A stretch of 64,000 nucleotides of DNA, taken from assembly GCA_030427085.1 (NCBI GenBank), contig JAUHXH010000006.1, positions 52,023 to 116,022 of the forward strand, in the 5' to 3' direction. Numbering within the stretch: the stretch's first letter is position 1; each line of letters starts with the position of its first letter. Below, piece after piece: positions 37,965 to 47,800 of the stretch. The position numbers and the translations under genes were made by a program. The notes below the pieces were generated by a model, which worked only from the letters and a program-made list of their open reading frames with translations, was not told the DNA's origin and did no database searches. The stretch comes from Gammaproteobacteria bacterium (GTDB lineage: Bacteria; Pseudomonadota; Gammaproteobacteria; Pseudomonadales; Halieaceae).

Positions 37965-39710
37965 ATGGGACCAAGGGGCACTGTGGATCAACGACATACC
38001 GTCCTCGTTATATCCGAGAATGCAGCGGATCATCTGATTCTGGCTGAAAGCCTGGAACGCGCCCTCCCCGCGCGGTTTACCCTCGCCAATAACGAAAGCC
38101 TGGAACGCCCCCTGGAAGCACTGCTGGACCCGTCAGTGGATGCCGTGATTGTTTCCCATGGGCCCGAAACCGATTATCTGCTTCGACTCGCGCAGAAAAA
38201 CGGATCCTGCACTCCAATTATCGTATTGCTGGAAGAGCCCGACATGCGACTCGCCGCAGAATTAACCGAGGCTGGCGCCCAGGACTACCTGGTTCGCGGC
38301 CAACTGCAAGACCACCTGATCCATCGCATTCTCGACTACAGCATTCAACTCAAGCAGGCGCGCCTGCAGATCCAGCAATTGTCGAGCCGCGACGGCCTGA
38401 CCGGCACCCTGAACCGGGCCGGCTTTCGGAGCCACGTTGCTCGGGCCATGGAGCGCTCCGAGCGCTACGGTTTTCGCACTGCCCTGCTGTACCTCAACAT
38501 CGACCAGTTCAATTTCATCAACGAACAATTTGGTGAAACCAGCGGTGATAGCCTGATTCAGGAAATGGCCGATCGCCTGTCGAACAAGCTGCGTAATTCT
38601 GACTGCATCGCCCGTATTGGCGGCGACGAATTTGCAGTGGTGCTGGAGGACGTGTCTGACGACGACAATGTCGAGGCCATTGCCAGTAAAATGCTGGACG
38701 CCATCTCCGAACCGCTGGCCCTGGAAAACCAGAAGATCAGTGTAAACGCCTCCATCGGCGCCGCGGTATACCCAGATGATGGCCGCGCCTTCGGCGAACT
38801 GGTCAACGGTGCGCGCAGCGCAATGCAACAGGCCAAGGCAGCGCAGGGTGGCAAGTTTGTTCGGTACAGCGAGCAGATCAGTTTTAATGAAGACGGCAAC
38901 ACCGCAATTGCTGCCGAATTGCGTAATGCCCTTCGCCGGAATGAATTTGGACTGCACTTCCAACCTCGCATCGACCTCTCTACCGGGCAGCTCGTGGGCG
39001 TAGAGGCCTTGTTACGTTGGCTGCATCCTACGCGCGGAATCATCCTGCCCGGCGAATTCCTGGCGGAATGCGAAACCATGGGTCTGATGAAAACCATCGG
39101 TTACCAGGTTATACAACAAGCCTGTAACGCTCTTAAATGGCTGGACGAACAGGGCATGGAACATGTCGTGGTCGCGGTCAATATCTCCTTCTCACAATTT
39201 CAGGACGAGCGCTTTGTCGACATCGTTACGGACATCGTCAAGCGAGCTCGCATCGACCCTAACCGGCTGGAATTCGAACTCACCGAAAGCACCATCCTCA
39301 AGAACGCCCACGACCTGAAACCACGGCTTGAGGCCCTGCGCATGATGGGCATTTCGTTCTCCCTGGACGATTTCGGCACCGGCTTCTCACAGCTCAGCCA
39401 CATCACCGAACTACCCATTTCCGCGCTGAAAATTGACGCGGGGTTTGTGCGCGATGTACCCACTAACGCCCAGCAGGTTGCCGTGTGCAAAATGATAATC
39501 GACATGGCTGAACGGCTGGACATGCTGGTAGTCGCTGAAGGCGCCGAGAGTCGGGAGCAAGTGCGCTTCCTGATGAGCCAGGGATGCCATCAGGTACAGG
39601 GCTTTTACTACAGCCCCGCCATCCCGTTGGAGCGCCTGCCCCGATTTGTTCAGGAGCAGCGCTTCCGACGTCGCGACTTCTCCCGCCACCTGCTCGGCGA
39701 CGGCGCCTGA
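37965..39710 (+). CDS. GGDEF-EAL protein with a degenerate receiver-like N-domain
   Basis: RIGGDEFAVV and EALLRW are intact. The N-terminal CheY-like fold has SEN where the acidic pair is expected. The start could be ATG 37965 or GTG 37929. Confidence 0.85.
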   Translation: MGPRGTVDQRHTVLVISENAADHLILAESLERALPARFTLANNESLERPLEALLDPSVDAVIVSHGPETDYLLRLAQKNGSCTPIIVLLEEPDMRLAAELTEAGAQDYLVRGQLQDHLIHRILDYSIQLKQARLQIQQLSSRDGLTGTLNRAGFRSHVARAMERSERYGFRTALLYLNIDQFNFINEQFGETSGDSLIQEMADRLSNKLRNSDCIARIGGDEFAVVLEDVSDDDNVEAIASKMLDAISEPLALENQKISVNASIGAAVYPDDGRAFGELVNGARSAMQQAKAAQGGKFVRYSEQISFNEDGNTAIAAELRNALRRNEFGLHFQPRIDLSTGQLVGVEALLRWLHPTRGIILPGEFLAECETMGLMKTIGYQVIQQACNALKWLDEQGMEHVVVAVNISFSQFQDERFVDIVTDIVKRARIDPNRLEFELTESTILKNAHDLKPRLEALRMMGISFSLDDFGTGFSQLSHITELPISALKIDAGFVRDVPTNAQQVAVCKMIIDMAERLDMLVVAEGAESREQVRFLMSQGCHQVQGFYYSPAIPLERLPRFVQEQRFRRRDFSRHLLGDGA

Positions 39711-39800
39711 TTTTTTCCAAATTCGACGTTTTCAGCCTGTATTCGACCCGGGCCCGGTGGTAGCCTAACGACATAAAACACAGCGCTAGCGGCACCCCAC

Positions 39801-41615
39801 ATGCCCCCACAGCACGAAACACAATTGAGCCCGAAAATTCTGGTCAGCGACGACGACCTGAATGTTCGTCTGCTCACACGCCAATGCCTGGAAGCGGAGG
39901 GCATGACGGTTGTGGAAGCGGCCAGCGGGCCGGAAACGCTGGACATTTTTGTACGCGAGCGCCCTGACCTCGTTTTCCTCGACGTTGAAATGCCGGGCAT
40001 GAGCGGCCTGGAAGTGTGCCGCCGCATCCGCCAAATGCCGCAGGGCGAGTCTATTCCCATTATGATCGTCACCGGCTCCGATGACCGACAGTCCATCGAC
40101 CAGGGCTTCGACGCTGGCGCAACCCAATACAAAACCAAACCTGTAAACTGGTCGCTTCTCGGTCGCGATGTGCAGTACATGCTGCGCGCCAGCCACGCGT
40201 TTAATTCCCTGAAACGTCAGGAATACCGACTGCGCTACCTGGCGTTCTACGACCCTTTGACCAGCCTACCCAACCGGCGCAGCTTTAACGAACAACTCAA
40301 TCGGATTCTTAAACGCAGCCAGCGGCATGACAGCAGTGCGGCGCTGTTATTTATCGACCTGGATCACTTTAAACGCATCAATGACTCAATCGGCCATGGC
40401 CGCGGCGACCGCCTGCTGGTGGAAATTGCCAAACGACTGACCAATGAACTGCGCGAAGACGACGCGATCAACTATTTCAGTGATCACAGTGACAACGACG
40501 CAGAGCGAAATACGGAAATAGCCCGCCTGGGTGGCGATGAATTCACCGTTGTATTGTCCGACATCGACGACACTACGGCCGTGGAGTCTGTGGCGCGCCG
40601 AATTCTGAATTCGCTGTCGCAACCCATCCCGCTGCAATCACACAATCCAGTTGTAACGCCAAGCATCGGGATTGCACTGTACCCACAGGATGGCACCGAC
40701 CCCGACACACTGGTCCGCAATGCGGACACAGCAATGTACGCCGCCAAAGCAGATGGACGTGCCTGCTATCGTTTCTACAACGAAGAAATGAATGCGCGTG
40801 CGGTCGAGCAGCTCAAAATGGAGGAGGAGCTGCGACACGCACTTCACTTCAATGAATTGGAGCTGCGCTACCAGCCCCAGATCGACACCCGCACCGGCAA
40901 AGTAGTAAGCATGGAAGCACTGGTGAGATGGAAGCATCCGGAACGCGGCATGGTGCCCCCCAACGAATTCATCCCTGTGGCAGAGCGCACTGGCCTGATC
41001 ATTGAACTGGGCGAATGGGTAATGGCCGAAGCGGCCAAGCACTGCATTTATTGGGACAGCCTGGGCTTGAGCGATTTCCGCGTAAGCGTGAACATATCGC
41101 CGCTGCAGTTTAATCAGCCTAACATTACCGAGGTCGTTCGCGACTTCCTGGACCGCTCCGGGCTGCCGCCAGAGCGACTGGAACTCGAACTGACCGAAAG
41201 CGCCATCATGACGGACGCGGAGATCAACATCGAGAAACTCAGGCAACTGAAAGCCCTGGGACTGGCATTGGCGGTGGATGACTTCGGCACCGGTTATTCG
41301 TCACTGAGCTATCTGAAGCGTTTCCCGATCAACACACTTAAAATTGACCAGAGCTTCATAGCCGACCTTTCCAGCCCGGACGGCGCAGCAATTATTGACG
41401 CCATCATCGCCCTGTCGCGCACACTCAGCCTACGCGTTATCGCAGAGGGTATCGAAACAGCAGAACAAATGCGCTACATGGTCGACAAGCAATGTGACCT
41501 GTTGCAAGGCTATTACTTCGCGCGCCCCCTGTATCCCGAGGATGTTCCCAATATGCTCAAGGAGGACTTCCTGGACTACTTTGCACCTTCGATCGGCTCC
41601 TTGACCCGAGCCTGA
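39801..41615 (+). CDS. Response regulator with GGDEF-EAL output
   Basis: The REC domain is canonical (ILVSDDD..VFLDVEMPGMSG..TGSDD). RLGGDEFTVV and EALVRW are both present. Confidence 0.9.
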   Translation: MPPQHETQLSPKILVSDDDLNVRLLTRQCLEAEGMTVVEAASGPETLDIFVRERPDLVFLDVEMPGMSGLEVCRRIRQMPQGESIPIMIVTGSDDRQSIDQGFDAGATQYKTKPVNWSLLGRDVQYMLRASHAFNSLKRQEYRLRYLAFYDPLTSLPNRRSFNEQLNRILKRSQRHDSSAALLFIDLDHFKRINDSIGHGRGDRLLVEIAKRLTNELREDDAINYFSDHSDNDAERNTEIARLGGDEFTVVLSDIDDTTAVESVARRILNSLSQPIPLQSHNPVVTPSIGIALYPQDGTDPDTLVRNADTAMYAAKADGRACYRFYNEEMNARAVEQLKMEEELRHALHFNELELRYQPQIDTRTGKVVSMEALVRWKHPERGMVPPNEFIPVAERTGLIIELGEWVMAEAAKHCIYWDSLGLSDFRVSVNISPLQFNQPNITEVVRDFLDRSGLPPERLELELTESAIMTDAEINIEKLRQLKALGLALAVDDFGTGYSSLSYLKRFPINTLKIDQSFIADLSSPDGAAIIDAIIALSRTLSLRVIAEGIETAEQMRYMVDKQCDLLQGYYFARPLYPEDVPNMLKEDFLDYFAPSIGSLTRA

Positions 41616-41637
41616 TCACCTACTCGGTACACCCGGC

Positions 41638-43650
41638 ATGCCCGGAAAATCTCACATTGCACGCTTGGTTTCGAACCTTCTGTTGACGGGACTGCTCGCC
41701 GCGTGCACGGAACAACCACACGAACTCCCACAGGAAGTCATGCTACAGGGCAACAACGCCCCGGCCATGCGTGAGTTGGTGGAAGTGGCTGGCGGTACCG
41801 TCACCCACGACCTACCACTGATCAACGCCGTGGGAGCGCAACTCACACCGACGCAACTTCGCGCTGTCATCACGTCACCGCAGGTGATCCGCCACATCAC
41901 CGACGTCTCGATCGGTGAATCAGAAACACCAGAGGACACCGAACCGCCGGAGCCCGGCATGCCCTGCGACATCGCCGGCGCGCTGGAACTGGAGTTCGAG
42001 AAAGAAGCACTGACGTGGTCGATTTTCAACAAACGTGCAAAGCCGGGGCGGCTCCAACAGCTACAAATGACGTGGCCCGTCGCACTGGGCAAGCTGGAGT
42101 CACTGACGCTGAATGGCGAGTCGCTGGCAAGTCTTGAAGCGCAGAGGCGTGGCAGCCTGAAGCTGGGACTGGACGACTTCGCCCAGCACCAACTCCCCAA
42201 CGGCGAACGATCGGTACTGTTAGCACGTTTTTCAGAGAATCCTCCCAAGCGCCTGCAAGCGGACTACTCCATCGCACTGGAATTCGACGGGGACTGTGGC
42301 ACGGCACTGGTCCCGGGCTACCCCCACAATGCCGAGGACTCCTATTTCCCCACGGTAGTGGGTGCGGACCAACTGCACAGACACGGTGTAACCGGCGATG
42401 GCGTTACCGTCGCCATTCTCGACTCCGGGCTGTGGGATCACCCACAACTCACCCTCGATACCCGGGATCAACCCCGCGTGCTCAGCCGCTTTGACGCTAT
42501 CACCAACCAGTCCGTGGAGACTGCGTTCGATGAAAGCGGACACGGCACCCACATGGCCAGCGTTATCGTAAACAGCGGCCCCACAACCAATCCCGACCGG
42601 GCCCCGGGCAGCTTCAAAGGCATCGCGCCCGACGCCAACCTGGTGGTGGTTAAGGCGTTCAATGTGGAAGGCCAGGGCAATTACCTGGACATCGTTCGCG
42701 GCATTCAATACGTGGTGGACCACCGCGAAACCTTCGACATCCGGGTGCTCAACCTGTCCTTTGCGGCGCGCCCACGCTGGCACTACTGGGAGGACCCCAT
42801 CAACCAGGCACTGATGCACGCCTGGGCAGCCGGCATCACTATTGTCGCCGCCGCCGGCAATGAGGGGCCGGACGTGATGAGTATGGGCTCCCCCGGCAAC
42901 CTGCCCTACGCCATCACTGTGGGGGCGATAACTGACTCCTGGACACCCGATGACCGCAGTGACGACTACATCCCGGACTTTTCATCCCGCGGCCCTACAC
43001 CAGCCGCTCACATCAAGCCCGACCTGGTAGCACCCGGCGGCCATATCACAGGGCTTACCCGGCCCGACTCAACCCTCCTGCGGGAAAACCCCGAATATCA
43101 ATTGCCAGGCGGTGAGTTTGTACTTACTGGCACATCGCAGGCGGCCGCCGTAGTCAGTGGAATGGTGGCCCTGCTGTTGCAACTACAACCCGAATTGAGC
43201 CCGGACGACGTGAAGTGCAAGTTCACCAGCAGCGCCGAGCCTGCCATTGGCGCCGACGGGCTGCTGGCCTACAGCCCCTTCCAGCAAGGCCACGGCTACG
43301 CCAGCGTGACTCGCGCCATCACTCTGGGAGAAACCGGTTGCGCCAACCAGGGACTCGACATCGCCCGCGATATTGCAGGGCATGATCACTTTGAGGGGCC
43401 CGCCATCATTGACGACCATGGCAACACCAGCCTACCCGGCCTGGAGCAAGTCTATCGCGACACACCGCAGGCCAAAGGATTCAGCACATCTCGTAAATGG
43501 GGCGTAAAAGCCCACATCGAACGCCCCGGCTACCAATGGGGAGCCCAAGGCCAGGCCCCGGACGCTCGCTTCGACTGGGAAAGGCTCTACCAGGCCGAGA
43601 AAGCCAAAATGGACGCACTGGCGCGAAAACAGGCCCCGACAGCAGAATAA
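41638..43650 (+). CDS. S8 (subtilisin-family) serine peptidase, lipoprotein
   Basis: The lipobox is LLTGLLAAC|TE. The catalytic triad contexts are AILDSG, HGTHMASV and GTSQAAAVVSG. An N-terminal I9-like propeptide region is present. Confidence 0.9.
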   Translation: MPGKSHIARLVSNLLLTGLLAACTEQPHELPQEVMLQGNNAPAMRELVEVAGGTVTHDLPLINAVGAQLTPTQLRAVITSPQVIRHITDVSIGESETPEDTEPPEPGMPCDIAGALELEFEKEALTWSIFNKRAKPGRLQQLQMTWPVALGKLESLTLNGESLASLEAQRRGSLKLGLDDFAQHQLPNGERSVLLARFSENPPKRLQADYSIALEFDGDCGTALVPGYPHNAEDSYFPTVVGADQLHRHGVTGDGVTVAILDSGLWDHPQLTLDTRDQPRVLSRFDAITNQSVETAFDESGHGTHMASVIVNSGPTTNPDRAPGSFKGIAPDANLVVVKAFNVEGQGNYLDIVRGIQYVVDHRETFDIRVLNLSFAARPRWHYWEDPINQALMHAWAAGITIVAAAGNEGPDVMSMGSPGNLPYAITVGAITDSWTPDDRSDDYIPDFSSRGPTPAAHIKPDLVAPGGHITGLTRPDSTLLRENPEYQLPGGEFVLTGTSQAAAVVSGMVALLLQLQPELSPDDVKCKFTSSAEPAIGADGLLAYSPFQQGHGYASVTRAITLGETGCANQGLDIARDIAGHDHFEGPAIIDDHGNTSLPGLEQVYRDTPQAKGFSTSRKWGVKAHIERPGYQWGAQGQAPDARFDWERLYQAEKAKMDALARKQAPTAE

Positions 43651-44037
43651 CCCCCCGCCACCCCAGAGTGCGATTCACACGCGCTTACAGACCACACTGA
43701 TCTACACAAGCCATTACAGAGCCAAATGCACTAACCACGCGCAGTGTTCTGCCCGCCTGATCGAAAATGATGTAATTGAAAGTGGGAAAAATGCGCATAA
43801 ATGCGGATTTTATTCAGTTTGGGAATAACAAAAGGGCCTGCTAATAAGTTTTTATAACAAGAGGGTATAAGTTACTCATAGCTACCCCAATTAGGTTATA
43901 TAAATCCCTTCATTGCTTATCGCACCGCGCCTATAACGTTGTCAAGCATCCAAATTTAGAGATGTGGGGCGGGTCTCAGAACACACTTCCCGCGGAATAC
44001 TCTGAAAAGAATTTGCTAGTTGGAAGGCGTGACAATT

Positions 44038-44634
44038 ATGAAAATACTCAATCTCGGATTCAGAACCATCCTCACTGTTGTTGTAGGAACATGTACGGCA
44101 AGCGCCTTGGCGCAAGAGGCCCAGAGTACTCAATCAGTGTTGGTGACAGCAGTGTCACATTCAATAGCAACCGGTACCTCATATGACTCCGTAGAGGTAA
44201 CAAACGGTTTCAAATGGTCTGGAACTGCGAGCACTCCTGCAACCGCTCAACACTGGGACAACAACAACGCGCCTGATGCCTCCGGTTTCAAGTGGCTGTC
44301 AGTCAACTCGTCGACTGGCCAAGACTCTGCTAGAGAAGCCGGCTCAGCATTAGCAACGAGTGAACATCAGACCGCCGGATTCAAGTGGAACAGCAATTCA
44401 GAATCGAACCAAACGGGTTTTAAGTGGGGCATTCGCTCTACTGCCGAGCAGGCTGGCTTCAAATGGGGCATCCGATCCACCGCCGATCAATCAGGATTCA
44501 AGTGGGGTATTCGATCCACCGCTGATCAGTCAGGGTTCAAATGGGGTATCCGATCCACCGCCGACCAGTCCGGATTCAAATGGGGTATCCGATCTACCGC
44601 CGATCAATCAGGATTCAAGTGGGGCATCCGATAG
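44038..44634 (+). CDS. Secreted tandem-repeat protein (10 GFKW motifs; five and a half 13-aa GFKWGIRST[A][DE]Q[SA] units at the C-terminus)
   Basis: ATG 44038. The Sec signal is MKILNLGFRTILTVVVGTCTASALA|QEA. The ORF ends exactly after GFKWGIR. I recognise no similar family. Confidence 0.75.
   Translation: MKILNLGFRTILTVVVGTCTASALAQEAQSTQSVLVTAVSHSIATGTSYDSVEVTNGFKWSGTASTPATAQHWDNNNAPDASGFKWLSVNSSTGQDSAREAGSALATSEHQTAGFKWNSNSESNQTGFKWGIRSTAEQAGFKWGIRSTADQSGFKWGIRSTADQSGFKWGIRSTADQSGFKWGIRSTADQSGFKWGIR
44416..44631 (+). repeat. 39-bp in-frame tandem array (5 full units plus a 21-bp terminal unit)
   Basis: The units start at 44416, 44455, 44494, 44533, 44572 and 44611. Units 2-5 encode identical peptides but differ at 3-6 third-codon positions. 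Confidence 0.95.
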
Positions 44635-44833
44635 CTTCCACCGAAATACCCAGCGTCATACAGCCATCTGCTCCAGGCTCGGAGCGGATGGCCCATACCG
44701 ACGAACAACCACGTGATTAATCTTTGATTTTCCCGTGAGCACTGGGACAGCCCCTTATCCCAACCTCTAGTGCTCACCCGCAACATCATCTAACATGCTG
44801 ATCAACTAAGAGTAAAAGACAGCATTCCTTCCG

Positions 44834-47800
44834 ATGTGGCGAGTCTACAAGCTGGTCATCCTGTTAACCCTTTGGGGTGCGTGTTCCGCGTGGGGCGTAT
44901 CGCCCAGAAATTTCCATCTGAGTGTGGCGCCCTTCACTGCCGAATTCACCTCGCAAACTATTCTCGACACCTATCAAGACCGTCAGGGGTACCTGTGGTT
45001 CGTCGCGCAAGAGGGTATCTACAAATACGATGGATTCAAAACAAAGAACTTTCTGTACAACTTAGAAGACGACCAATCCATAAGCAGCAATTCTCCTAGC
45101 GGAATCGCTGAGGATTACTTAGGCAGGGTCTGGATCGCCACCCGCGGTGGAGGGCTCAATCTTTATAATGCTGCTGACGATACATTCTCGTCTTTACAGC
45201 GGTCTGGAAACACACTGTCATCCACTGAACCATTCGATAACTTCATACTCTCACTGTTCGCCGACTCTAATGGCGATCTATGGCTAGGTCATCAAAATGG
45301 CTTTAGTCAGTTTGACGTTAGCGAACGTCAGTTTACGCACTACAGATTCAGCACTCCCGATGTTCAGTTTGAGGTCAACGGCTTCGCTGAATCGTCCGAT
45401 GGCATCATCTGGATTGCCACATTTGGCGCGGGGCTTCTCTCAGTAGACCCAAAATCTGGAGAATTCAAACCTGGCTTTGGCTCGGAGATGTCATTCACTG
45501 ACAGCGTTTCGCTCAATATCTCGTCCCTCATTGTCGACAAGCACAACAACCTTTGGTTAGCACATAGAAACTCGGGGGTATCAAAACACAACCTCGAGAC
45601 GGGAGATGCAGAAGTATTCAGGCAATCGTCACTTGACGAATTTTCGATCTCTTCAGATTCAACAATAAAAATTTATGAAGACCAGGGTGGGACGATCTGG
45701 GTTGCTACGGAAGATGGACTTAATGTTCAACGTAGCGGTGGAAATGGCTTTATGACCTTTCATGAGGGGAACTCCCAGATCCCCAACAACAAAGTTAGAA
45801 GCATCTTCCAAAGTTCAGATGGAACATACTGGATCGGCACACAATACCAACTAGGCTTTGGCCGTGTCTCGCAATTCAGCCACTACACGTTCGAAGAAAG
45901 CGTCTCTAGCAATTCAGTGAATACATTCTCTACGACGCCGGATAATCGACTTTGGGTGGGCACGGATGATGGTTTGAAAGTAATCGATTTGCCCATTTCC
46001 TCAGAAGAGGAATTTATCTACAAAAACATAAATGAAAGCACCTACCCAACTCGAATCAGTTCATCAAGAGTAATGAGCATTCTGGGTGAGCGTGACTCAT
46101 TATGGGTTGGTACCGCAGACTCCGGGTTGAATCACATAGATCTGACTACGGGTGGTGTTCAAAATTTTCAAAGTAGCAGGCGAGATCAATCCTCTTTAAG
46201 TGCGAACGGCGTTACATCCATTCTCCGTGACAGTGCAGGAAGCTTATGGATAGGCACCTGGGGAGGAGGACTAAACAGACTAAAAGATGATGGTTCCTCG
46301 TTTGAATCCTTCACGCACGACCCAATCGATCAATATTCTATTAGCAGTAACCTCGTAATTGCACTTTATGAAGATAGTAATGGATCGTTGTTTATTGGTA
46401 CAGCTGATGGCATAAACAGATTTGATAGGAATACAAACACTTTCTCCAGGTTCCAGCACGATCCTTACAACAAGAGTAGCCTTTCCAGCCGAATGGCGTG
46501 GACTTTCCATGAAGACTCAAATGGCAGGCTCTGGGTAGGAACTGATAGCGGAGGACTCAACTATTGGACGAAGGAAGATAGAGCAGCGGAAGTAGACCAC
46601 TTTTACCATCTTGCAGATCGCTCACTAATTCCTAGCTCAAGCATATATGGAGTAACAAGCGATTCGAGTGGAACACTATGGATATCTCACAATAGAGGTA
46701 TAACTCGAATAGACAGTACTCTGAATGAATTTAAAACCTATGACTCAACCGACGGCCTGCAAGATAATGAGTTTAATCATGGAGCAATTCACTCGCTCGA
46801 AAACGGCACAATGTTATTCGGAGGAAACAGAGGCTATAACTTGATCGATCCATACGAAATTTCTGATGTCACAAAAGCTCCAACCGTCCAGATTACTGGC
46901 ATCAGTATTTTGAATCAGCCAACTAACTTTGATGTCCCCGTTTACGACCTTCAAACTCTGACAATCGACCACAGAGACTACCTAGTTTCGTTCAATTTCG
47001 CTGTCATGGACTATGTCGCGCCTGAGCACAATCAGTATAAGTACATCCTGGAAGGCTTCGATCCGAACTGGCTAATTTTGCAAGAGTCTCGATCAGCTAC
47101 TTACACAAATTTGCCCTCAGGAAACTACATACTAAGAGTTTCCGGAGCAGGCGCGGATGGCGTATGGAATGAAAGCGGGGCTACCTTACATATCAACGTT
47201 CTTCCACCTCCATGGAAAACCTGGTGGGCTTATAGCGCTTACGCATTCCTGATACTGGTAGTTGCAACATATCTCGCAGCTGCCCAACGCAGGAAAGTAC
47301 TTAATGCGCTAAGTAGGCAACGAGAACTTGAAAAGAAGGTCGAGGAGAGAACTCACGATCTAGTGGAGGCTCGCCGCCAAGCTGAGGATGCGAACGCAGC
47401 AAAGTCCGAATTCCTTGCAACGGTGAGCCACGAGATTCGGACACCCATGCACGGTATCTTGGGTATGAATGAGCTTCTTCTACACACCGAGCTTGACGAA
47501 GAGCAGCGCAAATTCGCGTCAGCTGCAAAATCTAGTGGAGAAACGCTACTATCGTTAATGAACGCTATTCTCGACTTCGCAAAGGTGGAAGCCGCCAAAG
47601 TAGAAGTGGAGTCCATTTCTTTCGATCTTCGCGAACTAATTGAGACGACTTGCTATCTTCAAGGGGAACCAGCATCGAGGAAGGGCTTGGTATTGAACAA
47701 CATACCAGATCCAACGCTGCCAAGCGAAGTTACTGGCGATCCGGATAAGATTCGCCAGGTTTTGATGAACTTGATAACTAACGCAATAAAATTTACGCCA

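Noticed and set aside
41638-43650. The S8 protease as a co-acquired processing enzyme of the GFKW repeat protein
   Set aside because: The protease gene has native high-GC composition and lies outside the low-GC island, so it was not acquired with it. Functional processing remains possible, but the sequence does not support it.
44360-44716. A 118-aa ORF in another frame through the 39-bp repeats (Pro/Ser-rich translation)
   Set aside because: It is an out-of-frame reading of the repeat array. It has no start context or signal peptide. The synonymous-only variation is specific to the GFKW frame.
44735-44777. The inverted repeat GTGAGCACT-N25-AGTGCTCAC between the repeat-protein gene and the first sensor kinase, considered as a terminator
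   Set aside because: It has a 25-nt loop and no U-tract. It could be a regulatory site, but the evidence is too weak to call.
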